Positions 50,461-63,059 of a stretch of DNA of 64,000 nucleotides are shown here, piece by piece. A model generated the notes under the pieces. It had not been told where the DNA came from and did no database searches. It saw nothing but the letters and a program-made list of their open reading frames with translations. The position numbers and the translations under genes are program-made. Position 1 is the first letter of the stretch; the number at the start of each line of letters is the position of its first letter. Source of the DNA: Psammoneis japonica (taxonomy: Eukaryota); contig QPGO01000017.1 in assembly GCA_008632985.1 (NCBI GenBank), forward strand, positions 620,001 through 684,000, given 5' to 3'.

Positions 50461-51904
50461 CCACCAACCATGAATTTCTGCAACACTTTGACCCTTGTCA
50501 TCCACAGATGCTCTCCTGGCACCTTTGGATGCCACCACCAGAACCAAGCTCATTTGTGAGCTCAATGCTGCTCATCATGCCATGGCACATTGCATTGCTG
50601 ATTTGAGAGCTGCCTCCACCAACACCCACTGGGACAAATGGCATGAGCTCTGCATCACCATGGCCCTCAACCAACTGCTCCAAGATGTCAATGACCCTGC
50701 CATCTTCTTGCAAGTTTTCCTCCACTGCTGCCACACAGGAGCCATTGCCCTGAGCAGACATCCCATGTGTGGACAAACTGCTGAAGATGCCGTGTGGTTG
50801 GTTGGCCAAATGTTTGCTGCAATGGGGTCCCTGGACCCATGCCCACCACACCTCAAGGCAACATGGATTTCCAACTCACCCACCAAGTCAATTTCTGCAA
50901 GAAAGAAGATCCACTGCCCAGTCATGTAAAACCAGTCTTGGTTGCCATCCTCACCTGGATTGTGCATGCTTCTGCCAACAGCGCTGATCTGGGTGCCAGA
51001 GCAACAGCTGACACAATTCCCATTGCTTTCTTTTGTGTGCTGCACCCTGGCAAATGCACAGCCAAGCCATCCAACACAACACCATTCTGTCTTGTCAACA
51101 TCTGACTGGCATCTGGAGGTGTTTGTTTAAACATCCTCCAAGCCACCAATGCTCAGCTTGATGCTGCCACGTTTGCCACCCTTGTGTGTGCAACACAAAA
51201 GCACGGTGTCCATTGGGAAGTTTTGGGGCTTGGCCATTCCAGACACCCCAATTTGTGCCCAACACAGGCACTCATCTGTCGCATCCAACATCTCCAATCT
51301 TGTGGTGCACTCCTTGACACACCCCTTGGCATCTATTTTCATGATGATGCCTGGTGTCGCGTGTCCCCTGCCAATGTCACAAGCACCCTGCACACTGCCG
51401 TTTTTCCTTGCAGTCTGGCAAATCTTGGCTTTGACACCCAAGATGTCACTGCTTGGTGCCTCTGTGCAGCTGGCACCATGACACCACTCTGCGCCAATGT
51501 TCTTGACACCAACCTCACTTGGCTCTTGGGCCATTGGCGCAATCCAATGAAATGTTGCACTGCCTGCACTTGCAGGCAGAGCCAGTTGGGCACAATTTTG
51601 CTCATGACATGCTTGCTGGTGGCCATTTCATGCTTCATCCAAATGTCAACATCCTGATGAATCCACAAGATCCATGGGACTGGATCACCCTCAGCCCTCC
51701 AGCCTCCCCCACCCACCCTCCCACAATGGTGCATTGCACTGTGGGTGGTGCTGGAAGGCCCTGCCATTCCAGCTTGGGTTTTGAGAATGAGGCTTGCACA
51801 TCCGCTGGCAAAACCATCCCCCAGTCCAACAACAGAGCCATCAGTGTCTCTCCATTTTTCTGCTGGAGAGCTGCAGGAGAACAAACAAGAAGGGTGGCAA
51901 CAGC

Positions 51905-52990
51905 CTGCCTGAACATCGAAAAGCTCTGATCTGCTCTCCATTTGGCACTGAACCATGATGCACATGGCTTTAAAAGCAAGAGGATGCTTCTGAGACCCAT
52001 GCCTTCATTTTGTTTTGAAGTGCGGCAAAGTTTTTGAGTCTGTCACTGAAAGACCCATGCCGGCACCTTGCTCTGACCTGGAAGTTCTTTGGGGCAGGGG
52101 CTTGGCTGAGCTTGGCCTTGCCATCTTGCCACCCAAACAGCCACCATCAGCAGTGGCACACTTCCCATCAGGAATCTTGTCTTGAAGCACTTCATGAGGT
52201 TGTTGACCAAGCTTCTCATGAAGTTTTCTGCTGTTGACAATTATCATGAGTGCTGCAAAATGTGGTGCTGTCATGCTTTCTGCCTCTGAGGGGGGCTGGC
52301 AATCCATGTGCAATTGGAAGTGCAAACATGGAAACCAACCTCAAACTGGAGAGCAGCACAGTTGAGTTTGCAGCCCATGCTTTCTGTCTTTGTTCAGTCA
52401 TGGGTGCTTCTTTTCCAAGTGGTGCAGCTGGTTGTGTCTTTGGCAAGCCCAAATTTTTAGCATTTGGATTGTCAATCAATGAAGGCCAAACAACCTTCAT
52501 CTGTTTTGACACAATGGCAACTTTGTGCACCCACTGCTGCACATGCTCACCATGAGAACAACTGCTCTTGCAAATCCCAAAGTGCTTGGCAAGAATTCTG
52601 GATTCTTTGGGCAAGTGCACAAAAAACTGTGTGCAACTGATGGCACTTTGAAGCCTGTTTCTGACCAGTCTTTTTTGTCAAGCTTTGCAGCAGGTGTGCT
52701 CATGCAGCAAAAGTGTTGCCAAATGCACTCAATGGTGTCTGGAATGGAGCCACAAAATGACTGAAGTGCAGCATCACTGGCTTTCAAACAGCACTCATCA
52801 GTTGACTTTGGATCAAAGTTGATGCAAAGATGCTTCACTGCTCCATGACAAAGAACATTGTTTGGAGAAAGGACCTTCAGTTTTGGTGCATGACAGCATT
52901 TTGAACAATTGGATGGAGTTGATTTCTTTGGTGCAACAATGCAGAATGTGAGTTGCACTGTGCCAGTCAACTTGACTGCATGCCACACTC
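51905..52990 (-). mobile_element. PIF/Harbinger-like (DDE_Tnp_4) transposase pseudogene; partial second copy at 53055-53345
   Basis: SFCGSIP, HSFLCTCPKN, PLRGRKHD, GKCATADGGC, RHGSQKHPLAFKAMCIMVQCQME..LFDV across frames. Confidence 0.65.
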
Positions 52991-53349
52991 AGCTGACATC
53001 ACTGGACTCAGACTCAGATTTTGCAGCTGCCAGCAATGCTCAATGTGGGTCTCAACCAATGGCATTTTGAAGCCTGTTTCTGACTGGTCTTTCCTGTCAA
53101 ACTTTGCAGCAGGTGTGGTTGTGCATCAAAGGTGCTGCCAAATGCATGCAATGATGTCTGGACTGGAGCCACAAAATGACTTGAACACAGCATGACTGGC
53201 TTTCAAACAGTGCCCATCAGCTTGCTTTGGATCAAAGTTGATGCAAAGATGCTTCCATCCATCACAAAGAAGATTGCTGGGAGAAAGGCCCTTCATTTTT
53301 GGTGTGTGGCAGTGTTGTGAGCCATTGGATGGAATTGATTTTTTTGTGC

Positions 53350-53640
53350 AACAACACAAGTCTGAATGCACTGGCTTGTCACATGCTCTGCAAGAAGCCA
53401 TGCCCCTGATGGAGATGCTGAAAGAACTCAAGCAGCAAAGATTTCCTGTCAAGACATTGCAGCCTGAGATTTGGCACAGAGCATTTGAGGACAATGGCAG
53501 TGCACTGGAAAGGGCGCAGGTGCATGAGTGCAGACCATGAAAAAAGCACTTGAAAATCAAGTTGCATTGCTTCCACGACTTTGTCACACAGAAAGAAATC
53601 CAAATGCACAGCATGGATGCCAAGGACCAACTGTCTGGCT
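53350..53640 (+). mobile_element. Copia RNase H fragment (third family)
   Basis: SECTGLSHALQEAMPLM...AFEDNGSALE...KHLKIKLHCF. Confidence 0.75.
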
Positions 53641-54449
53641 GACAGTCTGGCTGAGCCAGTTGTGGCTGAGATCCTGGAAGCCTTGCATCCTTTGGTGATG
53701 GGTTGGCGAGGGCAGTGGGGCAATCGATGTTTCTTAAACATCAAGAAACAGACAAGAATGGCAGTGCAAAGTGCTCCACACACTGCACACACAAGCACTG
53801 AATGGGCCTGTCCTCCAAATGAGCAGCATCCAAACTCCTCTTGTGGGCACTGCTGTCAGCCCCTGTTGTCATAAATGTTGTGTAGAAAATGGAACAGAAA
53901 GGAGATGCATTGCAATCGTGGCACATGATTGATTGTAGAGTGCAGCATTTTCCCTGCAGAACACCTTGCTGAAGGTTGAACAAGGAGATGACATCGACAG
54001 TGTGCAAAGTGAGAAAATGGAGGTGACATGTTCAATGAACAGTTGCAAGCATGCAGCAAAACAACAGAAAAAATTGTGCTCACACAAGTGGCCTCACACG
54101 TTGCCAATGTGAGCACATGAAGAAGAGCAGAGTGAGATGTCTCAGTGTGAGTGTCACAACAGGGATGGAAATGGACAACTCATGGTTGTGGTGCTTTTTA
54201 GATGCTCTGAACGGTTTTGACTTGAGAAAGTTTGGAATTTTGATTTTGGGTGCATGCACTGCATGAACAAAAAAGAAACATCATGGGCCAAACATTCAAA
54301 TCTTGGATGGGCATGCGTGGCATGCAGATTCCAACACAACATGATGTGTGCATGCTTCGCCACAGACACAACAGCCAGCGTGGTTCACCTGTGGTTTCAA
54401 ATTTTTGTGATTCACCATGACCAACTCTCCTCATGGGCTGCAGACCATT

Positions 54450-55330
54450 TGCTTTTTGTGCAGTGCATTGCATGACTTCAAACAATTGAGCACATGGATG
54501 GAAAGCACCCTTTCTCAATGCCAAGTGCAAAAGATGTGATGCCTTGGCTTGAAATTTTTGTGTTGTGCCAAGTGCTGAGAACACATCACATGCCCCAAAC
54601 AAGGCAAACAAACATTCATCACTGTTGACTGATGACTGTTGATGTGGACCAAGTGAATGTTCCCATCAACAACACCAACAAACTTCAACTGGAAACAAGC
54701 CTTGATCACAAAAAGGCTGCCACTCCAATGGTGCGACATTTTTTCCATGCAGGAGAAAGGATTGTGCTGTCAGAGCAGAAATTTTTTGTTGTGAGAGCAG
54801 AAATTTTTTGCTTTGTCTGTTGCCTGTCAAAGACAGAAGGGGCGTTGCCATGACAGAAAGTGGAGCCTGATCAACTCTGCACACATGTTGATTGTGCGCT
54901 GCCTTTGCTTTAACCCACAGGGAACTCCATGGGGCAGTGAAACATGTGCATCAGATGGTTGGAAACTTGACACATGCATCATTGGTGCTCCAAGTGCAAG
55001 ACATGAAGTTGGGTGAAAATGACCTGTGGGCTCATGCTTTCTGCCGCAGCCTTTGCTGTGCACACAACTGTGCACACCACTGCCAAGGCAACTCCAGTGC
55101 AGCTGGTCTTTGGATGTGATGCAATTTTGTCTGTTGCCTGTCACACCATTTGGAGGCATGTTTGGGGCAGAAAGCAGAAATTAATCTGCCCAAATGGCAA
55201 GCATGAGAACTCAAAGAGAAGAGAGTGCCAACGTGTGAAGGAGCAACTTGTGCTTGAAAAGCAGGAATGATGGACAAATTTGGCACTGACAGCAATGCAG
55301 GGCCAGCTGCAGGAGAGTGACAGATCATGG
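54450..55330 (+). mobile_element. Ty3/Gypsy integrase remnant
   Basis: NPQG..VKHVHQMVGN; LSAAAFAVHTTVHTTAKATPVQLVFGCDAIL; RKQKLI...ENSKR. Confidence 0.75.
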
Positions 55331-57866
55331 ACGTGGTCATCTTTGCATTCAACAAAACCAGCCAAACCCTGATGTCATGAGGAAAAAGAAATTTTTTGTG
55401 CTGGAATCTCAAGGGGACTCACATTGTGCTCAAATTTCAAGTCGTTTGAGTCAGAATGAAATCAAAGATTCCTTTTGGAGTTGTTGCAACTGCTGATTGA
55501 CAGCAAAGAATTGTTGCAATGGTGTCAACTGAGCTGTCTTCAATGCAGTGTTCTTTTCCTGATGCCCCCATTAAAACTCAACAAGAGCATCAGTGAAATT
55601 TTGAGTGTGCACTCTGCAGAAGTTGTTGTCAGCAAAGCTGCTCAATGATGCTGAACACAGCAAAACATTTGTTGACATTGTTCCTTGGTTTTCAGGATTT
55701 GGGGGCACCAAACAGCCTGAAAAAAACAAGAGCATTGAACCAAAATTGTGGCTGTGCATTTTGTGGGCGGAGCATCTCATGTCAATGTCACTTGAGTTGA
55801 CAAGTGGCATGAAATGATGCCATCATCAGTGGTGTGTTATGCTCATCTCGTTGAGTTGATTTGTGATGTGAAACATTGCAGTGTGAAGACCTGCAGCACA
55901 TCATTTGTGCAGATTTTTGCACTGCGCTTGCTTGCAAAAAAGCACAGCAAAGCCAAAACAGCTCATGAGTGTGGCTTCTTTGCTGTGTTCACTGATGTCA
56001 TCTCAAAAGTGGTGCACGCCAGCATGACATGGTGAGCGCAAAGGCCGCAGCCTTCACTCGTGATCTGTTGCTCCAGTTGTTCAAGTTGATGACCACCCCT
56101 GAGCAGGGGGGTTCTTGTGTCAGTTGCCTCGGGTGTGCAGTGCTTGGTTGGTTGCATGCAATGGCTCACATTGTCTGTGCAAATGGGCAGAGCACTTGTG
56201 CACTCACAACACAGATGCTTGGATCTTGGCACATGGGCATTTTCTGTCTCTTTGGATTTTCTGAGAACCCCCACGCACCATGACAACTCCACACACTGTC
56301 AAACCATTTTGCCGCTCAGAATCTAAATCTGCCACCCAAACACTGCAGCTCATTGATGCTGCTCACTTGACAGGCTGTGGCATTGCACTCTCCTCCTTCC
56401 TCAGAAAGCAGGGGCACAGACAATTGCTGCAAGCTCCACATGCAAACAGCACGCTGCTGGTTTGAGGGAAATCAACCAGTTTTTGCAAAACATTGAGCTG
56501 GTGAGATGAGCTGAGTGATTGTGATGGTTTTTGCACAAGCTTTGATGCCAAATTTCTCACTCAATGTTTGTCTCCCCCTTGAAGGCAACTCATGATCACT
56601 TGACATCAAGCAGACACTGGATGACAAGTGCTGCAAGGGCAGAGACAAAGACACAAGGTGAGCTCATGATTGAGATGCATGACTTCCATCTTGATGACTT
56701 CCTTCCTCAGAAGATGTCCTCACTGCTGTCTTTTGACTCCTCTTTGCCACAATCATTCTCATGGATTTGTTGCAACAGACACAGGTGGTTGTGCAATGAC
56801 AACATGGATGGTTGGTGCAAACACTGCCAAAGTCATTGCACTCAATTCAATGTGAATGACAGATGCTGCAGCCTGCACTTTGCCCAAACTGTGCCAAAGC
56901 TGCTGTCTTTGTGTGCTGTGCTGTGGATGATTCAGAATGTTGGAATGGCTTGAAAAATGGAAAATGATGCAAGATCAGCCATCAGCATGAGAAGACAGTT
57001 TGCTTTTTGACAGTCCTTTTGGCACGTTGTTGTTGACTCTTCTCACAAACAGAGCTGACATCATGCAAGTTTCATCAAAACGACTCTAAAACTCAATCAT
57101 CCACGATGCACTCACAGCCATCCCTGTTTTGGACTGTGTTTTGAGTCTCCCTGACAAGCCCCAATGTTTTGAGTGCCCCTGGAGTGCGGTTGCATCATTT
57201 TGTTCCCACAGCACGCACTTTGCAGAAAATTGTGACAGTCAAAAGACAAAGTGCCGTGTGATTGCAAGCCAACCACAACCATGAACAACATGCCAAGTTG
57301 GCAAAAAGTCAACAATGCATTGCAAACATTTTGACCAAACAAGCTTGTTGATTGGGAACAAGTGAAAGGCATCTCAGCAGGTGCACTTGGTGGTGACAAC
57401 AACGTGAAAACAATGACAATGTCACAGACCCAATGACAGACCACACAAGATGATCAATTTGCCTTTCAAGCTGCAACAAAGCACAGACAAAATCTTCAGC
57501 AAGCACTCGAATGGCACAAAATGAGAAAACACAAAAAGAGCTTGACATGGCAACATTGTTGACCACTCGAATGTCAAGTGTGCTGCACCACAATCAACTC
57601 ACAAGTCAAGCCATGCAACCATGTGGCATGTGCAGCAAACAAAGCACCCCAGGAAATCAAGCCAATGTGTCAAAAATCTTTGTGACAATGGCACAAGAAG
57701 ATCCCCCTGCATGACACATCATTGCCATTGTCTGTTGTTTTGCAAACACCAGCTGTGCCAAACAGCAGATTGGCGGCACACAAGACCCTGATGTCCACTG
57801 TTTTGTTGCAACACTCAGCAATTGTCAACTCTCTTTTGCCCCTGGCAAGCCACTTGCCATTCAATT

Positions 57867-58247
57867 GGTGTTTCCTGAATGTGCATTTTGGTCGGACCAA
57901 ATTGGCATTTTGGTCGGACCAAATTTGTTGACAAATTTGATGCTCGCGACCAAAATGATTTTGTTTCCCGAAAACGTCATTTTGGTTTGGAGAATTTGGC
58001 GTGCTTTTGGTGGAAATCTTCTGTTGGAAAACGCGCATGTCAACATGCCGTGCAAATTTTTTTTGTAGAAGCTGCATCAGCATTGTTTGTGTAGAAATGC
58101 ACATGAAAGGAATTTGGTCGAGATTTCGCAAATGACAATTTGGTTGACCAAATTGATTTGGTCAGTCTGGCAATTTGGTCAACAAAAGCATTTTGGTTTG
58201 GCCAAAATGCCAATTTGGTCCAACCAAAATGCACATTGGGAAACACC
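57867..58247. mobile_element. ~380-bp MITE with long TIRs and reiterated TTTTGGTCGGACCAAA motifs
   Basis: ggtgtttcctgaatgtgcattttggtcggaccaaattggc mirrored by gccaatttggtccaaccaaaatgcacattgggaaacacc. TSD not resolved. Confidence 0.75.
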
Positions 58248-58742
58248 GTTTGCTCTTTTTTGGGCTCATGCTGCTTCTTGTGGCTCTTGTTCTTTGGTGG
58301 CATGGTTGTCTTGTGAAAGATGAGGGAGCAGTGGCCTCAAGTTGTGCTTCTCTGTCATTTTGGCCATGTCAGCAGCAGCTTGAAAAATTGTCAAGATGAT
58401 GAAATGGTTTGACGGTGCACACTGCAGAGTTGTCACAGCACAGGGGCCTCTGTGCAAACTCATTTCCAGGTCATTTCATGTGTGAGCATTGGGGCAGTTG
58501 ATGGGTGCCAAATGCTGCAATTGTGCCCAATGTGATGAAAATGACACACAAGCACACCAAACTCCCTTTTTCAGGATTTGCCCCTTCTTGGCATGTGCAA
58601 GTCACATGGTGGCTGAATGTTGTGCAGAGGCCCCTGCCAAGGGGCAGTCAATGACAATGACTTCTTTTGTGTGCGAGAAGGTGTGTTGGTGGACACATCA
58701 AAAATGTGTCCCTTGCCAGCAGTGGAACCTTCTGTGGCACCC

Positions 58743-58752
58743 CTGCTGCAGC

Positions 58753-58784
<32 letters not shown>

Positions 58785-58790
58785 ATGATG
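58743..58790. repeat. Compound (CTG)n(ATG)n microsatellite
   Basis: Seen directly. Confidence 0.9.
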
Positions 58791-59379
58791 CTTTCCTGCA
58801 TTGTCTGCAGGCTGTCTGCAGCAATGCTGATCCCGCAGAAGCATGCACTGGAAACATGACTCCTGGCACAAGACCTGCATCAGGCTGCAGGAGATCCATG
58901 TGACTGAGACCAACATGACTGGCCATTGTGCAAGTGACTCACTTTGCACAAAGTGTCTGCGTGGGATGTGTGCAGCACCGAGCATCACTGGTTCTGCACA
59001 AGGACTCAAGCTCTGCACATCTTGCTGTTGCACACACATGTGCTCTGCTCAAACAGCCTTGCTGTGACTGAGTGCTTGGATCCCATTTTTGCATGGGGCA
59101 CCACCTCCTCTTGACACACAATGGACACAAGACAGACTCTGTCCACAAATGCAGTTGCTGACAGACAGCTGGACCATCACAATTTGTTTGGTCCCCACAA
59201 GAGCCAATGCAAGGTGCTGGGTTGGCTCAATCAAATCTCAAAACAAGAGCAAAACACACACAACCCAAGTTAAGGCCACTGAGATGCACTTGGTCTGAGA
59301 GGTGAGAACACATGGGCAACACACCACACGTGTCCGGCCTTGGCATCGGGACCTGCCAAAACAAGTTGAAGCACACGTT

Positions 59380-62300
59380 CCACCTTTTCTGACCAGCAGC
59401 CACAAACTTCATCAAAATGTCCACCAAATTTTTTTTTCTGATTCTTAAGATGCCAGCTGCTGCTGCTTCTCAAACCATGTGTTGTGCTGTGCTTCTTGTT
59501 GTGCAAAACTGACTCCAGAATGCTGACATTCTTCACAACTCCACTGTTGTCACAAAATTTGTTTGCAGGGTCTTCAGTCAGCACACCAAGCAACATCAGC
59601 AATTTGCATCATCACAGCACCACAGTCATCAACTCTTTTGCAATCTGCAACACAGCTGTTTGCTCCCAAACGTTGCTCACTCTGCCATGTTCTGTTTCTC
59701 TTGCTGAGCCAAATGATTGGTGCATTTTGCACAAAAATCAAAACTCTGCTGTGCAGCCTTCATGCAACAACATTTCCAGCATGATTTGCATCACCAAAAC
59801 AACAGACACTGACTGGATTTTCACAGGGTTTGGGCATCTTTGGTGGCAAAACCTCCTCCATGTCACCACCAAACTCAGCCCAATCCACGTTGCTGTCAAA
59901 AAGACACTCCCATCTGTCTTTGGAGCTCTGCATTTGATCTCTTGACAACCAACCACACTCAAATTCTTGCCCTCTCTTGTCTGTTGCAGAGTGCAACCTT
60001 CTTCTTCATTCCATGCTGCCATGACCTGATTCATTTCTTTGTTGACAGCCTTCTTCCAAAAATCAGTCCCCGTCTGTTCATCAATTTGAAAAGTCCCTTA
60101 GCACTTTTTGGCAGCCCAATTCCAAACTTGTGAGCAGTGCACCAATGTCTCAACTTGACTTTGATTTCTCTTTCACAGAGCTTGGAGAACCCACCAAGCA
60201 ACAGCTGGTTCATCAACTGTCCAGTTTACAACTGCACAATCATCCAACTCAATTGGTTTGATGCTTTCAAACCTCAGAGTTTTGCCCATTCCATTGACCC
60301 ATCCTTCTGTTGAACCAACAACTCCCAACCTTGAGCAGTCACCTTGTGTCTTTCTTGTCCACTCTTGGCCTTGATCTTGCCATCTGAGATGTGGGAATTG
60401 CTGAGTTGTCACTTTGATGGTCTTGAATCTCCTCCAAGACAGAACAATGATGACTGGCATTGTCCACTTGCTCAAACACATTCTCAGCAATGATGTTGGC
60501 AGCGTGCTTGTCTGCAGTGCCATTGACACAGGCAACCTCACATTTGCAAGTGTTGGCAATGGGGTTGGAGTGTCCAGAGAAAATTGGCTGACCATTTGGA
60601 CCTCAAGCATGCTTGGTTGCAGCTCCTTTTTGCTCTGCATTGGTGCCAACATAAAAATGACCTCCACACCCAAATGCTTGCCAATTGCTTTTTTGTCACC
60701 ATCATCCAGTCTTTTGTCTGACAACACATCATCACACTCATCATCAGCTGGTGCAAGGTTGCTCTTGCAGGAAACACCAGGATTCTCATCCACAAGCAAT
60801 GACATCATCTAACACCAAAGCAAGCTGGCCCTCCTCAGGATCAAGCTGAAACTTTGCATCATCCAGCCCACTCTCAAGTTTGGCATTGAATTCTTTGATC
60901 TTCTTCTTGATGTTGGGGTGCAAGCAATCATCATGGATCATGTGCTCAACTGAAGGTCTTGAAACCAATTTTGCACTTTCAGTGGTCAACCAGCAGCACA
61001 CATCTGAGCCAACCTTGTGAGACACACCAAGCCATCATCCCAATCTCCTTGGGTCATTGGCAATGTTGGGTTCATTGGGTCAATCTTGCCACCAAACAAG
61101 ATCATAAATTCAAAATCTAGATGTTCCTTGATCTCAAGTGTGTTTGTCCTGTGACCTCTTTGCAATGAGCATTTTGTCCTTTCTGCCTGACATGCGCTCA
61201 AAACTTGAAGCCAGGTCCATCCATGCAGTGCAACAACAAGCAATCTGTGCTTCTTTCACTGAGTTGCATGAATCCCAAAATGGGCTGACCTCATGTGTCA
61301 TGTTTGACAACTTCATTGGCTTCAACTTGCTCCAGCACAACAAGCATCAGCATGAGTGCCACATTCATTGTTTGCATGATGACCAGGTTCCATCATGCAT
61401 TTGCTCAAATTTAATGCAATGATGGATCAAACAGCTCTCTTTGAGACAACAGCAATGTCTTTTTGTGCACAAAACCGCTCACAATTCTTTGGATGGGGTT
61501 GCGTCAACACAACAAACAAACAAGACAACACACACATCACCCAAAACAAGTGTGTCATCAACAACGTTGACACCCCACATCATCAGATGCAAGAACAGGC
61601 TCCACAGCCAAAAGCAAAACCATTTCAACCACCCTTGTTGCCACATCCTCTTCCAGGCACTCAGTCATTGGCGCAAGTCTCAGAATCATCCTTCAACTCA
61701 ACTTGAGCCCTTGCCTCTTGAATGTTGCATTCTTTGCAATTTCCTTGATGACCTCCACCATGACCTCCACCATGACCTTGAGTCCTTTCACATGCTTGAA
61801 CCACATGTGCACAACTGCTGTTGAGCTGTTGATGATCCCCACTCATTGAGTGAAAAGCTGTGCATTGGATCAGAGACATCAACTCCATTGACAGAATTGG
61901 TGCATTGGCTTTGATCACCCCTTCTAAATCCACGTCCACTTCAAGCACCTCCGTTGGACTGTCCCTGTTCACTGTGACCACAACCTGGACCTCTGCAAGT
62001 GATGTCAGAAATTTTCATCTTAAAAGACAATGAGCCTTGAGGAGTTGAGCTTCTCCGTGCAACCAAGACACTTGAGATGAGAAATGAGCACAAGCCCCTG
62101 AGAAGTCTCTTGCATGTGTCTCACTGATGACTGCCTTGCAAGCCACAAGCTCTGGCTCAATTGTCTGAGCACAATGCAACAATGCTTCAACCTTCTGACC
62201 ATGTTCCAAACATTTCAAGTCAGGACACTTGTCAAGGGCAGCAAATGTTGCAAGCCTTTCAGCAAGTCTCTTGAATGGATGCACCATTTTCTTCTTGCAA

Positions 62301-63050
62301 TGAGCTGTTTTGACAATGCTTTTGGCCAAAGCAGTGTGCTTGCTTGACTCTCCTTGGCCGTTGCAATGACTGGCTCAAGACCAAAAAGTGAGATGACCAT
62401 TCTCTTTGGCATCAAACTCTAAAATCCAAGCCCAGCCAGGGGCATTGACAAGGTGCCCTTTGATCACATGATGCACTTGACAATTGTCTCCTTGAAGGCA
62501 GACCCTGTGAGTGGCAGCTGATGCCTGCAATGCTCTTCTTTGTTCACAAAATCATTGGGTGCAACGTGAGCATGACAAATGCATCATAAAGGTGCCTTCA
62601 AAGCACCCAACTTTTGTGACAACAAGTTTAAGACCAAATCCTTGTGTGGGTCACAATCTTCAGGCTCAAACTTTTCCAAGTCACTGTGCAAAATGGTTGA
62701 ACTCTCCCTCTCCTTTTCAACAAGCTTCAGCTCACCAGCAGTTGCCAAAGCATTTGCAGTCACCTTGGCAGTTGTCAACCGTTGACCATGATGCTGCCTG
62801 TCATGAATCCACCACACAAGCACCTGAGTGTGTTTGATTTTAACAGCTCCAAGGTTTGCCCAACCTTCCACATTGGTTGAACAAGTGCTGCAAAGTGCAA
62901 AGTGCTTCTCTTCTTTTAAACTTTCCTTCAGGTGTGGTTTTGTCATGGCAACCCAATTTGGGATCATGGATGTTGAGTGGCTTGCATGCTTGTTCACCAA
63001 TTCCAACAGAGCATTGTGATCCCCAGCCAGATGCTCTTGGCATTCATCAT
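59380..63050 (-). mobile_element. Old, internally deleted Copia related to family 2
   Basis: gag-like LVWWIHD; HLDFEF; SHKVGSDVCCW; HKFGIGLPKS; DANHAGN; FCDNSGVVKN. RT core largely absent. Confidence 0.8.
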
Positions 63051-63059
63051 AAATGGCAG

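Larger units (their letters stand above)
40900..51700 (+). mobile_element. DIRS/Ngaro-type tyrosine-recombinase retroelement, degenerate, split by Copia family 2
   Basis: RT: VCMNEFIATSQG, EPVSVKKLCNGDETW. RNase H: CDTAGHGAGG, ITDVDLEL. YR: AFFCVLHPGKC, CLCAAGTM, LLGHWR, EMLHCLHLQA. Boundaries approximate. Confidence 0.8.

Noticed and set aside
58571..59039. Poly-Q/His/Ala/Ser proteins
   Set aside because: Translations of a trinucleotide microsatellite with no other coding support.
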